NCBI GenBank assembly: GCA_022778545.1
Contig: JALFDW010000035.1
Location: 3,816 to 67,815 of the forward strand
Length of the DNA stretch: 64,000 bases
Reading direction: 5' to 3'
Origin: a bacterium
GTDB lineage: Bacteria; Bacillota; Clostridia; Christensenellales; CAG-138
The notes beneath the pieces were generated by a model that worked only from the letters and a program-made list of their open reading frames with translations, ran no database searches and was not told the DNA's origin. Below, piece by piece: positions 18,751 through 28,484 of the stretch. A program made the position numbers and the translations under genes. The stretch's first letter is position 1. Each line of letters starts with the position of its first letter.

Positions 18751-20019
18751 TCAGTTTTTCTTTACCTTGTCCCGGTCAAAATATTTGTCGAGCTCTTTTT
18801 TCATGTTGTCCGGCATGACGGTATCAACGGGCAGGATCGCCGCGTTCGCCACCCGCGCAATGAAGCGCACCGCAAATTCCGCATCGCGGTACAGCTGCTC
18901 CGCGGAAAGGGGGAAGAGCACATCGCTGCGCACATGAATATCCGCGCTGTCCGCATAGCGGCTGATCGCAATGGCCGGTATCCCCTGATCGGCAAAGACC
19001 GCGGAATCACTTGACTGCACGCGCGCCCGCACGACCGAAGAGCGCCCATCCTCCCGGCAGAACTGCTCGGCAAGGTGTTTGAGCTCATCTCCGCCGGTGA
19101 CGGAGATATGGTTTTCCCCGAGTACCGTGCCGCACATATCAAAGTTGAAGCAGAGCCGGATCTGCGGCAGCAATTCCTTGTTGCGCTGAACGTAAGCCTG
19201 GCTGCCGAACAGCCCGCCTTCCTCCGCGCCGCACCAAACGAAGCGCAGCGTGCGCCTGGGCGGGTTTTTGAGGAAGCGGCGGTAGATATGCATCAATGCT
19301 GCAGAACCCGTTGCGTTATCGTGTGCGCCCATACCTACGGGGACGCTGTCATAATGCGCCGTGAGCACGATGGATTCCTCCGGGAACTCCGTGCCGGGGA
19401 TGACGGCAAGCACGTTGCGCGAGGTGGCCTCAAACTCGGTCTGCGTAAGCGTAAGGTGAATATGGTCCACGCCGCGGCGCACCATCTCGGTCGCATCCTT
19501 CGCGGAGATCATAAAGCCCGGAACACGGCCGAACTGCAGCTTTTCATCGCTCAGGTTCTTTCGATAAGCATCCGCCGTTTCAAGCGTATCATAATGCATG
19601 CCGCGCATGACGATGAACGCTGCCGCATGCTTTTCGCACAGCAGGCGATAGGTCTCAAACGAAGCGGAATTGACCATCACCGCCGTGCCGGACAGGTCGC
19701 CCACACCAGCATAATCGGCCTCCACGCCGCGCTCGGCATATAAGAATTTACAGGTGGCGCCGCCCTCCGGCAGCGAACCGGAGCGGCCGTAGGCGATCGT
19801 TTCGATCTCCTGCTCATAAGGAGAAACCACGCGCATTGCCTGCTCTGTGACCTCGCAGGCCGGGATCTGAAATTCCATCGCTTCGCCTTTTCCGCCTGCA
19901 TCTTCGATCTCGCGCAGAAGGATCTGCGCCGCTCTGCGCTCATCCTCCGTTCCGGCAACGCGGCGGAAACTCAGTTCTTTTACCAAAGAAAACGGGTATG
20001 CACGGTCATCCATATTCAT
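18751..20019 (-). CDS. M28 family metallopeptidase (aminopeptidase-like, with PA-type insert)
   Basis: HYDSVPVGMGAHDNATGSA and WCGAEEGGLFGSQAY zinc-ligand motifs; RBS GGGAGGAGA. Confidence 0.8.
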   Translation of the reverse strand: MNMDDRAYPFSLVKELSFRRVAGTEDERRAAQILLREIEDAGGKGEAMEFQIPACEVTEQAMRVVSPYEQEIETIAYGRSGSLPEGGATCKFLYAERGVEADYAGVGDLSGTAVMVNSASFETYRLLCEKHAAAFIVMRGMHYDTLETADAYRKNLSDEKLQFGRVPGFMISAKDATEMVRRGVDHIHLTLTQTEFEATSRNVLAVIPGTEFPEESIVLTAHYDSVPVGMGAHDNATGSAALMHIYRRFLKNPPRRTLRFVWCGAEEGGLFGSQAYVQRNKELLPQIRLCFNFDMCGTVLGENHISVTGGDELKHLAEQFCREDGRSSVVRARVQSSDSAVFADQGIPAIAISRYADSADIHVRSDVLFPLSAEQLYRDAEFAVRFIARVANAAILPVDTVMPDNMKKELDKYFDRDKVKKN

Positions 20020-20272
20020 GTCTCCTCCCTGCTGATTGACCTGAATGTAACGCCTTCATTTTACCATCCGTGCATATATGTAGCAAGCAAAGGTGCGTCA
20101 ATGCTTTTTCAGGCAGGCAAAAGTTTATTTTTCCCTTGCTTTTGGGCGCCGATATCACTATGATAGGGATAATTATTATTTTTGTTGTTTTATAAGTATA
20201 AATGCCGTCTGCGCCATGCCTTTGGGCATGCCGAAATATAAGTTTTCAAACTTTCAGAAAGGACTCCTATTT

Positions 20273-21454
20273 ATGGAAACCCTCACCCAACAGCTGCTCT
20301 CTAAAAACGTTAAAGCGCTCCCGCCTTCTTTCATCAAGGGAATGCTGAAGGTCACGCAGGATCCTGAGATCATATCCTTCTCGGGCGGCCTGCCCAGCCC
20401 GCTCTCCTTCCCCATGGAAGCGCTCGGCGAATCCATGGCACGCGCCACGGAGCGTTACGGCACAAAACTATTCCAGTATTCGCTCACTGCCGGCATCCCG
20501 GAATTGCGCGAATTCATCGCCGCCCGCTGCAATGAAAAATACGGCCTCTGCGTCACTGCAGCGGACATCCTCATCACAACGGGTTCGCAGCAGGCGCTCG
20601 ACCTCATCGCAAAGATCACGCTCGACCCGGGCGACGGCGTCATCGTGGAAGAGCCGGGCTACCTCGGTGCGCTCCAGACCTTCATGCAGTATGCCCCTAC
20701 ATTCCATCCCGTCGCGCTCAATGAAGATGGGCTCGACGTTGCCGGGCTTGCGGCTGCACTCGAAGCACCCCGGGTGAAGTTCATCTATACCGTCCCGAAC
20801 TTCCAGAACCCGACCGGCCTTACCTACTCCATTGAAAACCGCAACAAGGTTTACGAAACGATTAAGGACAAAAACGTAATCCTCATCGAGGACGACCCCT
20901 ACGGCGAACTGCGTTTTGACGGAAAAACGCTGCCCTACATCGCCGCCGGCCGGTACGACAACTGCATCCTGCTCGGCAGCTTCTCCAAAACGGCTACACC
21001 GGGCATGCGCGTGGGCTATCTCGTTTGCAAGAACGCGGAGCTCCTTGAGGCGATCGCCACCGCAAAGGAATCCTCGGACGTGCACACGAGCGTACTCTCC
21101 CAGTATGTGCTCTACGATTACCTCACCCACAACGATTATGACGGCCACATCGCGGAGATCCGCGCGCTGTATCAGAGCCAGTGCAGCATCATGCTCGACG
21201 CCATGGCGGAATGCTTCCCCGCCTCCGTTTCCTATACGAAGCCGGACGGCGGCATGTTCATCTGGTGCACGCTGCCGGAAGGCCGGACGGCGCTTGACTT
21301 CTTCTATCAGGCGGTGGAGCGCAAGGTAGCCGTAGCACCGGGCGACCCGTTCTACGTGGCGCCCAAAGCCGTGCGCACATTCCGCCTCAATTACACCAAC
21401 GCTTCACCGGATGAGATCCGCGAAGGCATCCGCCGCATCGGCGCGCTGCTGTAA
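20273..21454 (+). CDS. PLP-dependent aminotransferase, class I/II (2-aminoadipate/aromatic type)
   Basis: Trimmed to ATG 20273 (METLTQQLLSK...). PLP lysine motif GSFSKT, NPTG motif. Confidence 0.85.
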   Translation: METLTQQLLSKNVKALPPSFIKGMLKVTQDPEIISFSGGLPSPLSFPMEALGESMARATERYGTKLFQYSLTAGIPELREFIAARCNEKYGLCVTAADILITTGSQQALDLIAKITLDPGDGVIVEEPGYLGALQTFMQYAPTFHPVALNEDGLDVAGLAAALEAPRVKFIYTVPNFQNPTGLTYSIENRNKVYETIKDKNVILIEDDPYGELRFDGKTLPYIAAGRYDNCILLGSFSKTATPGMRVGYLVCKNAELLEAIATAKESSDVHTSVLSQYVLYDYLTHNDYDGHIAEIRALYQSQCSIMLDAMAECFPASVSYTKPDGGMFIWCTLPEGRTALDFFYQAVERKVAVAPGDPFYVAPKAVRTFRLNYTNASPDEIREGIRRIGALL

Positions 21455-21579
21455 GCTGCAATTTCAAACGAATTCAGCCGATTTCAAGGGGCGCTCAAAG
21501 CGAAGCGCCCCTTTACCATGCATGGAAAATATGTTAGGATGGGCAAAGAAAAAAGCGTTCTCACAACAGGAGGCTCCTC

Positions 21580-22638
21580 ATGCTCGTATCACAGTTGGAA
21601 ACCCCGGCTCTCATCGTAGATCTTGATGTGCTCGAACAAAACCAGCGGCGGATGATGGAATTGCTGCGCCCGCTCGGCGTGGCACTCCGCCCGCATTATA
21701 AATCCCACAAATGCACCGCCATCGCCCACATGCAGATTGCAGGCGGCGCAAAGGGCATCACCTGCGCCAAGCTGAGCGAAGCGGAAGACCTGATCCAATC
21801 CGGCATCGAGGATGTGCTCATCGCCAACCAGGTGGTCGAACCCGCAAAGGTCATGCGCCTTGGCTACCTTGCGGGCTGCTGCCGCCTTTCCGTCTGCGTG
21901 GACACGCTTGAAAACATCCGCCAGCTTGAAGCGGCGGCCGCCGCCTTCGGCAGCACCATCCACTGCCTCGTTGAATATGACATCGGCATGCGCCGCTGCG
22001 GCATCACAACGGTGGAAGAAGCGCTCGTGCTCACAAAGGCGATCCTCGACGCGCCGCACCTTTCGTTCATGGGCATCCAGGCCTATGCGGGCCAGCTTTC
22101 CCATGAGGAGGATTTCGGCGTCCGTTCCGGCGAGGCCGCAAAGTTTGAAGGCCAGCTGCGCGAACTGCTCTCTTTTTTCCGGGAAAACGGCGTGGAAGTT
22201 GCGGAAGTCAGCGGCGCAAGCACAGGCACCGTGGAGCTGCGCAAAGAAGGCACCGTATACACCGAGGTGCAGGCCGGTACCTACCTGTTTATGGACGGAG
22301 CATATGACCGCGTGGGCGCAGGGTTCGAGCACAGCCTCTTCCTGCTTTCCACCGTGGTGAGCACAACCGAAGGACGCGTCGTATGCGACGCGGGGCTCAA
22401 GACGCTCGGTACCGACCAGGGCGCTCCCGTTTTTGTGGACTTCCCCACAGCTCCCGTAAACATGAGCGAGGAGCACTGCACGGCGCACTGTGAAAGCCAT
22501 TGCAAAGTCGGCGAAAAGCTCATGCTGATTCCCGGCCACTGCTGCACCACCGTCAACCTGTTCGATCAGCTCTACCTCGTACGGGGCGGCCGCGTAGTGG
22601 ATCGTGTGCCGGTCACAAGCCGCGGCAAGAGCCGTTAA
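21580..22638 (+). CDS. DSD1-family PLP enzyme (D-serine dehydratase / D-threonine aldolase-like, alanine racemase N-domain fold)
   Basis: LRPHYKSHKC PLP-lysine motif; C-terminal HCCTTVNL motif; 352 aa. Confidence 0.75.
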   Translation: MLVSQLETPALIVDLDVLEQNQRRMMELLRPLGVALRPHYKSHKCTAIAHMQIAGGAKGITCAKLSEAEDLIQSGIEDVLIANQVVEPAKVMRLGYLAGCCRLSVCVDTLENIRQLEAAAAAFGSTIHCLVEYDIGMRRCGITTVEEALVLTKAILDAPHLSFMGIQAYAGQLSHEEDFGVRSGEAAKFEGQLRELLSFFRENGVEVAEVSGASTGTVELRKEGTVYTEVQAGTYLFMDGAYDRVGAGFEHSLFLLSTVVSTTEGRVVCDAGLKTLGTDQGAPVFVDFPTAPVNMSEEHCTAHCESHCKVGEKLMLIPGHCCTTVNLFDQLYLVRGGRVVDRVPVTSRGKSR

Positions 22639-22651
22639 ACCAGCTAAAAAT

Positions 22652-22677
22652 AAAAAAGCGGCGCTGCCGCTTTTTTT
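22652..22677 (+). terminator. Rho-independent terminator
   Basis: AAAAAGCGGC-GCT-GCCGCTTTTTTT. Confidence 0.8.
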
Positions 22678-22704
22678 GCTGCATGCGCATCCCACAAAAA
22701 CCGC

Positions 22705-22732
22705 TTGCATTTCGGGCGGAACATGCTATACT
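22705..22732 (+). promoter_or_regulatory. Sigma-A promoter for the MATE (and possibly polymerase) genes
   Basis: TTGCAT - 16 nt - TGcTATACT (extended -10). Confidence 0.55.
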
Positions 22733-22821
22733 TTGTTCGGTTTATTCCGGTATACTTTGTGCGCATTGCGCGCATGATATAAAAGTTTTTGTCTGCCGGG
22801 TTTCCGGCAAAAGAAGGGAAT

Positions 22822-24186
22822 ATGGAAACAAAGGAATTCACCTCGCGCAGGGTATTTATGATGTCCCTGCCGATCTTTTGCGAGCTCCTGCTTCAGCTCC
22901 TCGTCGGCAATGCCGACCAGGCCATGCTCAGCGGCTACTCGCAAAACGCCGTGGGCGCAGTCGGCAACGCAAACCAGATCATCAGCATCGCCATCCTTGT
23001 GCTCAGCATGCTCTGCACAGGCGCGACCGTGCTCGCGTCCCAGTCCATCGGCGCAGGGGACAAGCGCCGCGTCACCGTTGTAAGCTCCGTTTCCGCGCTG
23101 CTCGTGCTTTGCTCCGGCGTGCTGCTCTCGGCAGTGCTCCTGCTCTTCCCCGCGCCGCTGTTCCGCCTCATCAGCGTACCGGATGCGCTTCTCCCCGAAG
23201 CCGTCCGCTATACGCGCATCGTCGCATGCTGCCTTGCGGTGCAGGGCGCCTACATGCTCGTGTGCTCCATCCTGCGCAGCTACGGCCTTGTAAAGGAAGT
23301 GCTCTTTACCGCCGTCCTCATGAACACGCTCAACATCGGCCTCAACGCGCTCCTCATCAACGGGCTTTGCGGCTTCCCGCGCCTCGGCGCGACCGGCGCA
23401 GCCATTTCCACCAACATCAGCAAAGTGGCAGGCTTCGCATTTGCGCTCATCCTGCTTTATAAGCGTACGGATGCGCGCTTCCTCCCCCGTGCGCTCCACA
23501 AGCCCTTCCCGGCGCGAGAACTGCGGGAAACGCTCGCCATCAGCCTGCCTTGCGGCGCCGAGACCTTTTCCTACCAGTTCTCGCAGCTTACCATCATGAA
23601 GTTCATCAACCGCATGGGCACGGTCGCCATCAACACGAAGATCTACTGCTACATGATGGCCAACGCCATGTATCTTTACTCCGTTGCCATCGCCCAGGCG
23701 ACGCAGATCGTTGTGGGCTATCTCGTCGGGCGCAACGATCTTGGCGCCATACGCGGGCGCGTGTGGCGCTCGGTGATCGCATCCATTGCGGTATCGGAAA
23801 GCATCAACCTGCTTATCTATCTGTTTGCGGAGCCCATCTTCGGCATTTTCACCCGCGATCCAGCCGTGATCGCGCTCGCCCGGCAGATCATCCTCGTGGA
23901 ATTCGCTCTGGAGTTCGGCCGTTCCATCAACATCACGATGGTGCGCTGCCTCATCGCTGTGGGCGACGTGCGCTTCCCCGTGGGCGCGGCGCTGTTTTCC
24001 ACCTGGTTCATCGCGGTGGGTCTCGGCTGGCTGCTCGGCGTGCATTTCGGCATGGGGCTCGTGGGCCTCTGGATCGGCATGGCGGCGGACGAATGCTTCC
24101 GCGGCATTCTGTTCGTGTTCCGTTTCCGGGCCGGGCGCTGGCAGCGGTATGCGCAGGCTCCGCATGCGGCAGCGCAGGTGCAATAA
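22822..24186 (+). CDS. MATE family efflux transporter
   Basis: Trimmed to ATG 22822 (METKEFTSRRVFMMSLPIF...). 12 predicted TM, MATE N-terminal signature. Confidence 0.85.
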   Translation: METKEFTSRRVFMMSLPIFCELLLQLLVGNADQAMLSGYSQNAVGAVGNANQIISIAILVLSMLCTGATVLASQSIGAGDKRRVTVVSSVSALLVLCSGVLLSAVLLLFPAPLFRLISVPDALLPEAVRYTRIVACCLAVQGAYMLVCSILRSYGLVKEVLFTAVLMNTLNIGLNALLINGLCGFPRLGATGAAISTNISKVAGFAFALILLYKRTDARFLPRALHKPFPARELRETLAISLPCGAETFSYQFSQLTIMKFINRMGTVAINTKIYCYMMANAMYLYSVAIAQATQIVVGYLVGRNDLGAIRGRVWRSVIASIAVSESINLLIYLFAEPIFGIFTRDPAVIALARQIILVEFALEFGRSINITMVRCLIAVGDVRFPVGAALFSTWFIAVGLGWLLGVHFGMGLVGLWIGMAADECFRGILFVFRFRAGRWQRYAQAPHAAAQVQ

Positions 24187-24246
24187 CCAATTCCCAGTCA
24201 TCCTCCGGCGGCAGGCGGGACACGCGTTTGGAGGCAGGAGAATCCG

Positions 24247-25989
24247 ATGGAATATGCAATCATTCGCTCCCGGGAGCAGGCTTTGCCCTATGTTGACCGC
24301 CTGCTCGCCTCAAAGGTTATGGCCGTCGATCTCGAAACCACCGGCCTTGATCCGCATCGCGACAGGATACGGCTCATCCAGCTTGCCGTCCCGGATTCCC
24401 CGGTCATGATCTTCGATTGCTATTCTTTTCTTCCGTTTGGAGCGGAGCTGATGAAAACAGTTCTCGAAAGCCCATCAGTCAAGGTGCTCCACAACGCCAA
24501 ATTCGATATGCAGTTTCTGTTCCCGCTCGGCATCGAACTTCCAAAGGTGTTTGACACGATGCTGACTGCTCAGCTTCTGCGCTCCTCCGGCGGCCCGGCA
24601 CGTGCCGGACTTGGTGCCGTTGCCGCACATTATCTTGGCGAAACGCTCGACAAGACAGAGCAAAACGGGAACTGGGCAGCTTCCGAGCTGCGAAAAGAAC
24701 AGTTTGAATATGCCGCAAAAGATGCAGAAGTATTGGTGCGCCTCCGGGAAGAGATGCTCCCTTTGATCTATCAAAACAGGCTTGAACGCATTGCGAAGAT
24801 CGAATTTGACTGCGCAAAGGCCATAGCAAAGCTGGAGTACAACGGCATATATCTCGACAGCGCCCGTTGGCAGGAACTGTGTGCCGAAGCAGAGAAATCA
24901 CAGGCGCAGGCTTTGGAGCAGCTTCGCACATATGCCGGCCAGTCCTTTTACCAGCTTACCCTCTGGGGAGACGAGATCGCACTCAATGCGGCCAATTTCG
25001 ACAGCAACCCTTTTGTCCTCAGTTTGCTGAAGCGCAACGGTATCAACGTGCCTTCCACCGACAGGCGTCACCTTTCCGTCTATGCTGCGCATCCCCTCGT
25101 GCAGGCCCTGTCCGAATACCGTAAAAGCACAAAAGCGCTTTCTGCTTTCCTTCATCCGATCCCTTCCTTCATCAACCCCGCAACCGGCAGGCTGCACCCG
25201 AAATACGGGCAGATCGGCGCATCAAGCGGGCGAATGAGCTGCGGGAATCCCAACATTCAGCAAATTCCAAGAGAACCTGCTTTCCGCCGCTGCTTTTGCG
25301 CACCACCTGGAAAGAAGCTGATCATCGCCGATTACTCCCAGATCGAACTGCGCGTAGCAGCCTGCATTTCCAAGGACCGCAGAATGATGCAGGCATACCG
25401 GAACGGGGAGGACCTGCATGCCCTGACCGCCTCCCTCCTCTCCGGCGTCCAGGCCGGCGCCGTAACAAAAGCGCAGCGCCAGGCGGCAAAAGCGGTCAAT
25501 TTCGGGCTGATCTTTGGGATGGGCGCAGCGGGGCTTGCAGCTTATGCGCAGCAATCCTACGGCGTACAGATGACTTTGGAGGAAGCGGAGCAATTCCGGA
25601 ACGGCTTTTTCCGCGCTTATCCGGGGATTGCCCGGTGGCACAGGCAAATCCGGGAACTCAGCCCCACCGAAGAGCGATCGCTCACGGACAGAAAATTCGT
25701 TTTCCGGAAGAACGCAGGGCTTTCCGGGCTATGCAATACCCCCGTGCAGGGCTCTGCGGCAGACATTGCCAAAGCGGCGCTCGGCGAACTGAACGGGCGG
25801 CTGAACGGCACGGGAATAAAACTGATCGCGATCGTTCATGATGAAATACTCCTTGAGGCGGATGAAGCGGATGCCGCAGCGGCAGCAGCGCTTCTGCAAA
25901 GCACCATGGAACGCACTGGAGAAAGAATCCTGCAGGATATTCCCTGCGCCGCAGAAGTAAAGATCGCGGACGATTGGTCCGGCAAATAA
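24247..25989 (+). CDS. Family A DNA polymerase with 3'-5' exonuclease domain, lacking the 5' nuclease domain
   Basis: Exo I VDLETTGL, Exo II HNAKFDMQFL, Exo III YAAKDAEVL. Pol motif A DYSQIELRVAA, motif B QAAKAVNFGLIFGMG, motif C IVHDEILLE. 580 aa. Confidence 0.85.
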   Translation: MEYAIIRSREQALPYVDRLLASKVMAVDLETTGLDPHRDRIRLIQLAVPDSPVMIFDCYSFLPFGAELMKTVLESPSVKVLHNAKFDMQFLFPLGIELPKVFDTMLTAQLLRSSGGPARAGLGAVAAHYLGETLDKTEQNGNWAASELRKEQFEYAAKDAEVLVRLREEMLPLIYQNRLERIAKIEFDCAKAIAKLEYNGIYLDSARWQELCAEAEKSQAQALEQLRTYAGQSFYQLTLWGDEIALNAANFDSNPFVLSLLKRNGINVPSTDRRHLSVYAAHPLVQALSEYRKSTKALSAFLHPIPSFINPATGRLHPKYGQIGASSGRMSCGNPNIQQIPREPAFRRCFCAPPGKKLIIADYSQIELRVAACISKDRRMMQAYRNGEDLHALTASLLSGVQAGAVTKAQRQAAKAVNFGLIFGMGAAGLAAYAQQSYGVQMTLEEAEQFRNGFFRAYPGIARWHRQIRELSPTEERSLTDRKFVFRKNAGLSGLCNTPVQGSAADIAKAALGELNGRLNGTGIKLIAIVHDEILLEADEADAAAAAALLQSTMERTGERILQDIPCAAEVKIADDWSGK

Positions 25990-26062
25990 AAAAACGCGGG
26001 GCATCCCAGGTTTCCGGGCATCCCGCCGTTTTATTCCGCTTCGGTTTCCTGCGCCGAAGCCA

Positions 26063-26656
26063 TTACACAAGCTGGTACAGCAGCCCTTCCTTCGCGCTGT
26101 ACCAAAGGAGCATACCGTGCCCGCGCCGCTCGGTGCGCACCTGAAGGTTCCACTCCGGATACTGCTTCACAAGCTGCACCCGATCGCCCGTCTGGAACGC
26201 TACAAAGGAGATATAGTCCTCCTTCGTCATCGCATGCGAACTTGTGATGTACCAGTCGTTCTCCACCGTTTCCACGGTGAGCCGTTCCGCCGCTTCCGCC
26301 TTTTTCGGCACAAGTGCAGCGAGTTTCCTGCCGCAGCAGGATATGGATGCCTCACCCGTGCTGAGCGTTATGCTGCCGCACACGGGGCATACAAAGTATT
26401 TCGTCTTTTTCATATTTCCTCCCACAGGGCCATTTTCGCCCGGTTCGCCCGCAAGGAGGGTTTCAAGCTCCACGCCAAGGCAGCCGGAAAGCGCCGCAAG
26501 CAGCGAAACATCCGGGCAGCCGTTGCCGTTCTCCCATTTTGAGACTGTCTTCGGGCTGACGGAGAGCATTTCCGCAAGCTCCGCTTGTGTCATGCCGTGC
26601 TCAAGCCGCAGGGCGCGGATCATCTGCCCCGCCTTTCTGCAATCCATTTTTCTCAC
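26063..26656 (-). CDS. XRE-family HTH regulator fused to a desulfoferrodoxin-like module
   Basis: HTH MTQAELAEMLSVSPKTVSKWENG. Then a CPVCG...CCG desulforedoxin-type motif and a SOR-like beta domain (HAMTKEDYISFVAF) lacking most center II ligands. Confidence 0.7.
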   Translation of the reverse strand: MRKMDCRKAGQMIRALRLEHGMTQAELAEMLSVSPKTVSKWENGNGCPDVSLLAALSGCLGVELETLLAGEPGENGPVGGNMKKTKYFVCPVCGSITLSTGEASISCCGRKLAALVPKKAEAAERLTVETVENDWYITSSHAMTKEDYISFVAFQTGDRVQLVKQYPEWNLQVRTERRGHGMLLWYSAKEGLLYQLV

Positions 26657-26721
26657 CTCTTCGGGCAGTATACCATATGCATGCGCGCTGCGCTATCCAC
26701 GCTCCGTAGAGTCGGCACGGT

Positions 26722-27726
26722 TCAGCGAAACGCAAAGCGGTATTCCGTGCATTCGTCATACCGCGCGCCCGCGCGCAGCAGCGGGGATGGGAACAGAGCA
26801 TGGTGCATCGCGTCCGGAAAGCGCTGCGTCTCCAGGCACACGCCGGAATACGCCCCGTATCGCGTGCCGCCCTTGCCCGCGCGTGCAGAGAGGAAATTCG
26901 CCGTATAAAGCTGCAGGCCTTCCATCGTGGTATGCACCGCCATGGAAACCCCATTCTCCGGGCAGAAGAGCTGTGCCGCACGGTGCATACCCGTCCCCAG
27001 GAGGGCAAAGTTGTGGTCATAGCCGTGGGTGGGCGCAAGAAGCGCATCCTCGATGCGGCTTCCAAGCGGCATTGCCGCCCTGAAATCGAGCGCAGTCCCC
27101 GCAACGGGGGCATATACGCCAAGCGGCAGGTTCCCTGCACCTGCGGGCGTATACTCCTCCGCCGCGATGGCGAGCGTATGGCCGAGCACCGTGCCGTTCC
27201 CCTGCCCGGCCAGATTGAAATACGCATGGTTCGTGAGGCTCACATAGGTGTCGCGCGTGCTTTCGGCTTCATAGCGGATCCTGAGCCCGTCCGGCAGCAA
27301 CGAATAAGTCACCGTGACCGTGAGCGCGCCGGGGAAGCCCTCCTCCCCCTCCGGCGAAAGCCTCGAAAAGGCCACGCCCTCCGCAGTGGGCGCATAGTTC
27401 CAGACGCGCCGGTCAAACCCGCGCGCGCCGCCGTGGAGCAGATTTGTTCCCTCGTTCGCGGAGAGGCGGTATTTCTCCCCGTTTATCGTAAAGGCTGCGC
27501 CGCCGATGCGGTTGGCATAGCGCCCGATGGTCGCGCCCAAGCAGCCGTCCTGCTCCTGATATTCCGCGAGCGCGTCATAGCCGAGGCAGACATCAAGCCC
27601 GTTCGGCAGCACAAGGCTTTGGATCGCCGCACCATAGCTCAAAAGCGAAACGTGGTATCCATATGCCGAGAGCGTCAGCTGCGCAACGGGGCGGCCCTCC
27701 GCCTCCCCGAACGCCGTTTCCGTCAT
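26722..27726 (-). CDS. galM: Aldose 1-epimerase (galactose mutarotase family)
   Basis: Trimmed to ATG 27726 (MTETAFGE...). Motifs IGRYANRI, TNHAYFNL, CLETQ. Confidence 0.85.
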   Translation of the reverse strand: MTETAFGEAEGRPVAQLTLSAYGYHVSLLSYGAAIQSLVLPNGLDVCLGYDALAEYQEQDGCLGATIGRYANRIGGAAFTINGEKYRLSANEGTNLLHGGARGFDRRVWNYAPTAEGVAFSRLSPEGEEGFPGALTVTVTYSLLPDGLRIRYEAESTRDTYVSLTNHAYFNLAGQGNGTVLGHTLAIAAEEYTPAGAGNLPLGVYAPVAGTALDFRAAMPLGSRIEDALLAPTHGYDHNFALLGTGMHRAAQLFCPENGVSMAVHTTMEGLQLYTANFLSARAGKGGTRYGAYSGVCLETQRFPDAMHHALFPSPLLRAGARYDECTEYRFAFR

Positions 27727-27908
27727 GTTCAAACGCAGTTCCCTTCCGGCAGGCTGAAATAACCTCCCGTTTTTATGTATTCTATTATATTGTAGCCCAC
27801 TACCCTGTCCGGCGCAAGCGCGCTGCATGCCGCATGAAGCCGCGCCGCCCGGGGTATCCTGAAGAGGGGAAAGGCGCGTTTCCAAAGATGCGGAAGCCGC
27901 GCCGCCCA

Positions 27909-28415
27909 TTACCGTTCAATCAGCCCGCAGCCTATGCGGCTACCGGCGTCGCCCGCAGGCTGGGAAGTGAAGTCATCCCGCCGGCCATGCACGATCACCG
28001 TGCGGCCGATGATGTCTTGCACGGAAAAGCGTTCCGTATAAAATGCGGAGAACGCATACCCCCTGTTGGAAAAGAGCGGCGGAAGATCCCCCGCATGCGC
28101 CGGGTGCGGACAGCCGGAGGGGTTAAAATGCCCGCCCGCCGCGGAAAATGCGCCGCCATCCCCAACGCAGCTGCCGCCCGTGTGGATATGCATTGCGAAA
28201 ATGTTTTCTGCGCAATGCGCGGCGTCATACGGCAGGCCGCGGAATTCCGCCACCATGAGCGTTCCGCTGCCCGCAGGGTAAAACCGCACCGTGCCACGCA
28301 GAGCGGCATGCGCAGTATCCCCCACGACCCGCGCGACCGCGCCCGGGGTTGCGCCAAACCCGGGAAATAAATCCGGCATTCCTGCTTTCAGGCTGTTTTT
28401 TCGCATAGGTTTCAC
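27909..28415 (-). CDS. sodC: Cu/Zn superoxide dismutase family protein, no obvious signal peptide
   Basis: [39 protein letters not shown] motifs. The start could be M13 (28379). Confidence 0.8.
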   Translation of the reverse strand: MKPMRKNSLKAGMPDLFPGFGATPGAVARVVGDTAHAALRGTVRFYPAGSGTLMVAEFRGLPYDAAHCAENIFAMHIHTGGSCVGDGGAFSAAGGHFNPSGCPHPAHAGDLPPLFSNRGYAFSAFYTERFSVQDIIGRTVIVHGRRDDFTSQPAGDAGSRIGCGLIER

Positions 28416-28484
28416 CTCGTTTCTGGTTCATACTATGCGCAGGCCGGCCAAGAAGCAACTTTTTGCAGCCGAAAGGAACTCACA

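Noticed and set aside
25990-26062. Terminator between the polymerase gene and the convergent HTH gene
   Set aside because: The region has A7/T7-type runs, a direct repeat GGCATCCC x2 and a 7-bp hairpin (GCTTCGG...CCGAAGC). I could not draw one convincing stem followed by a U-tract, so no feature was called.
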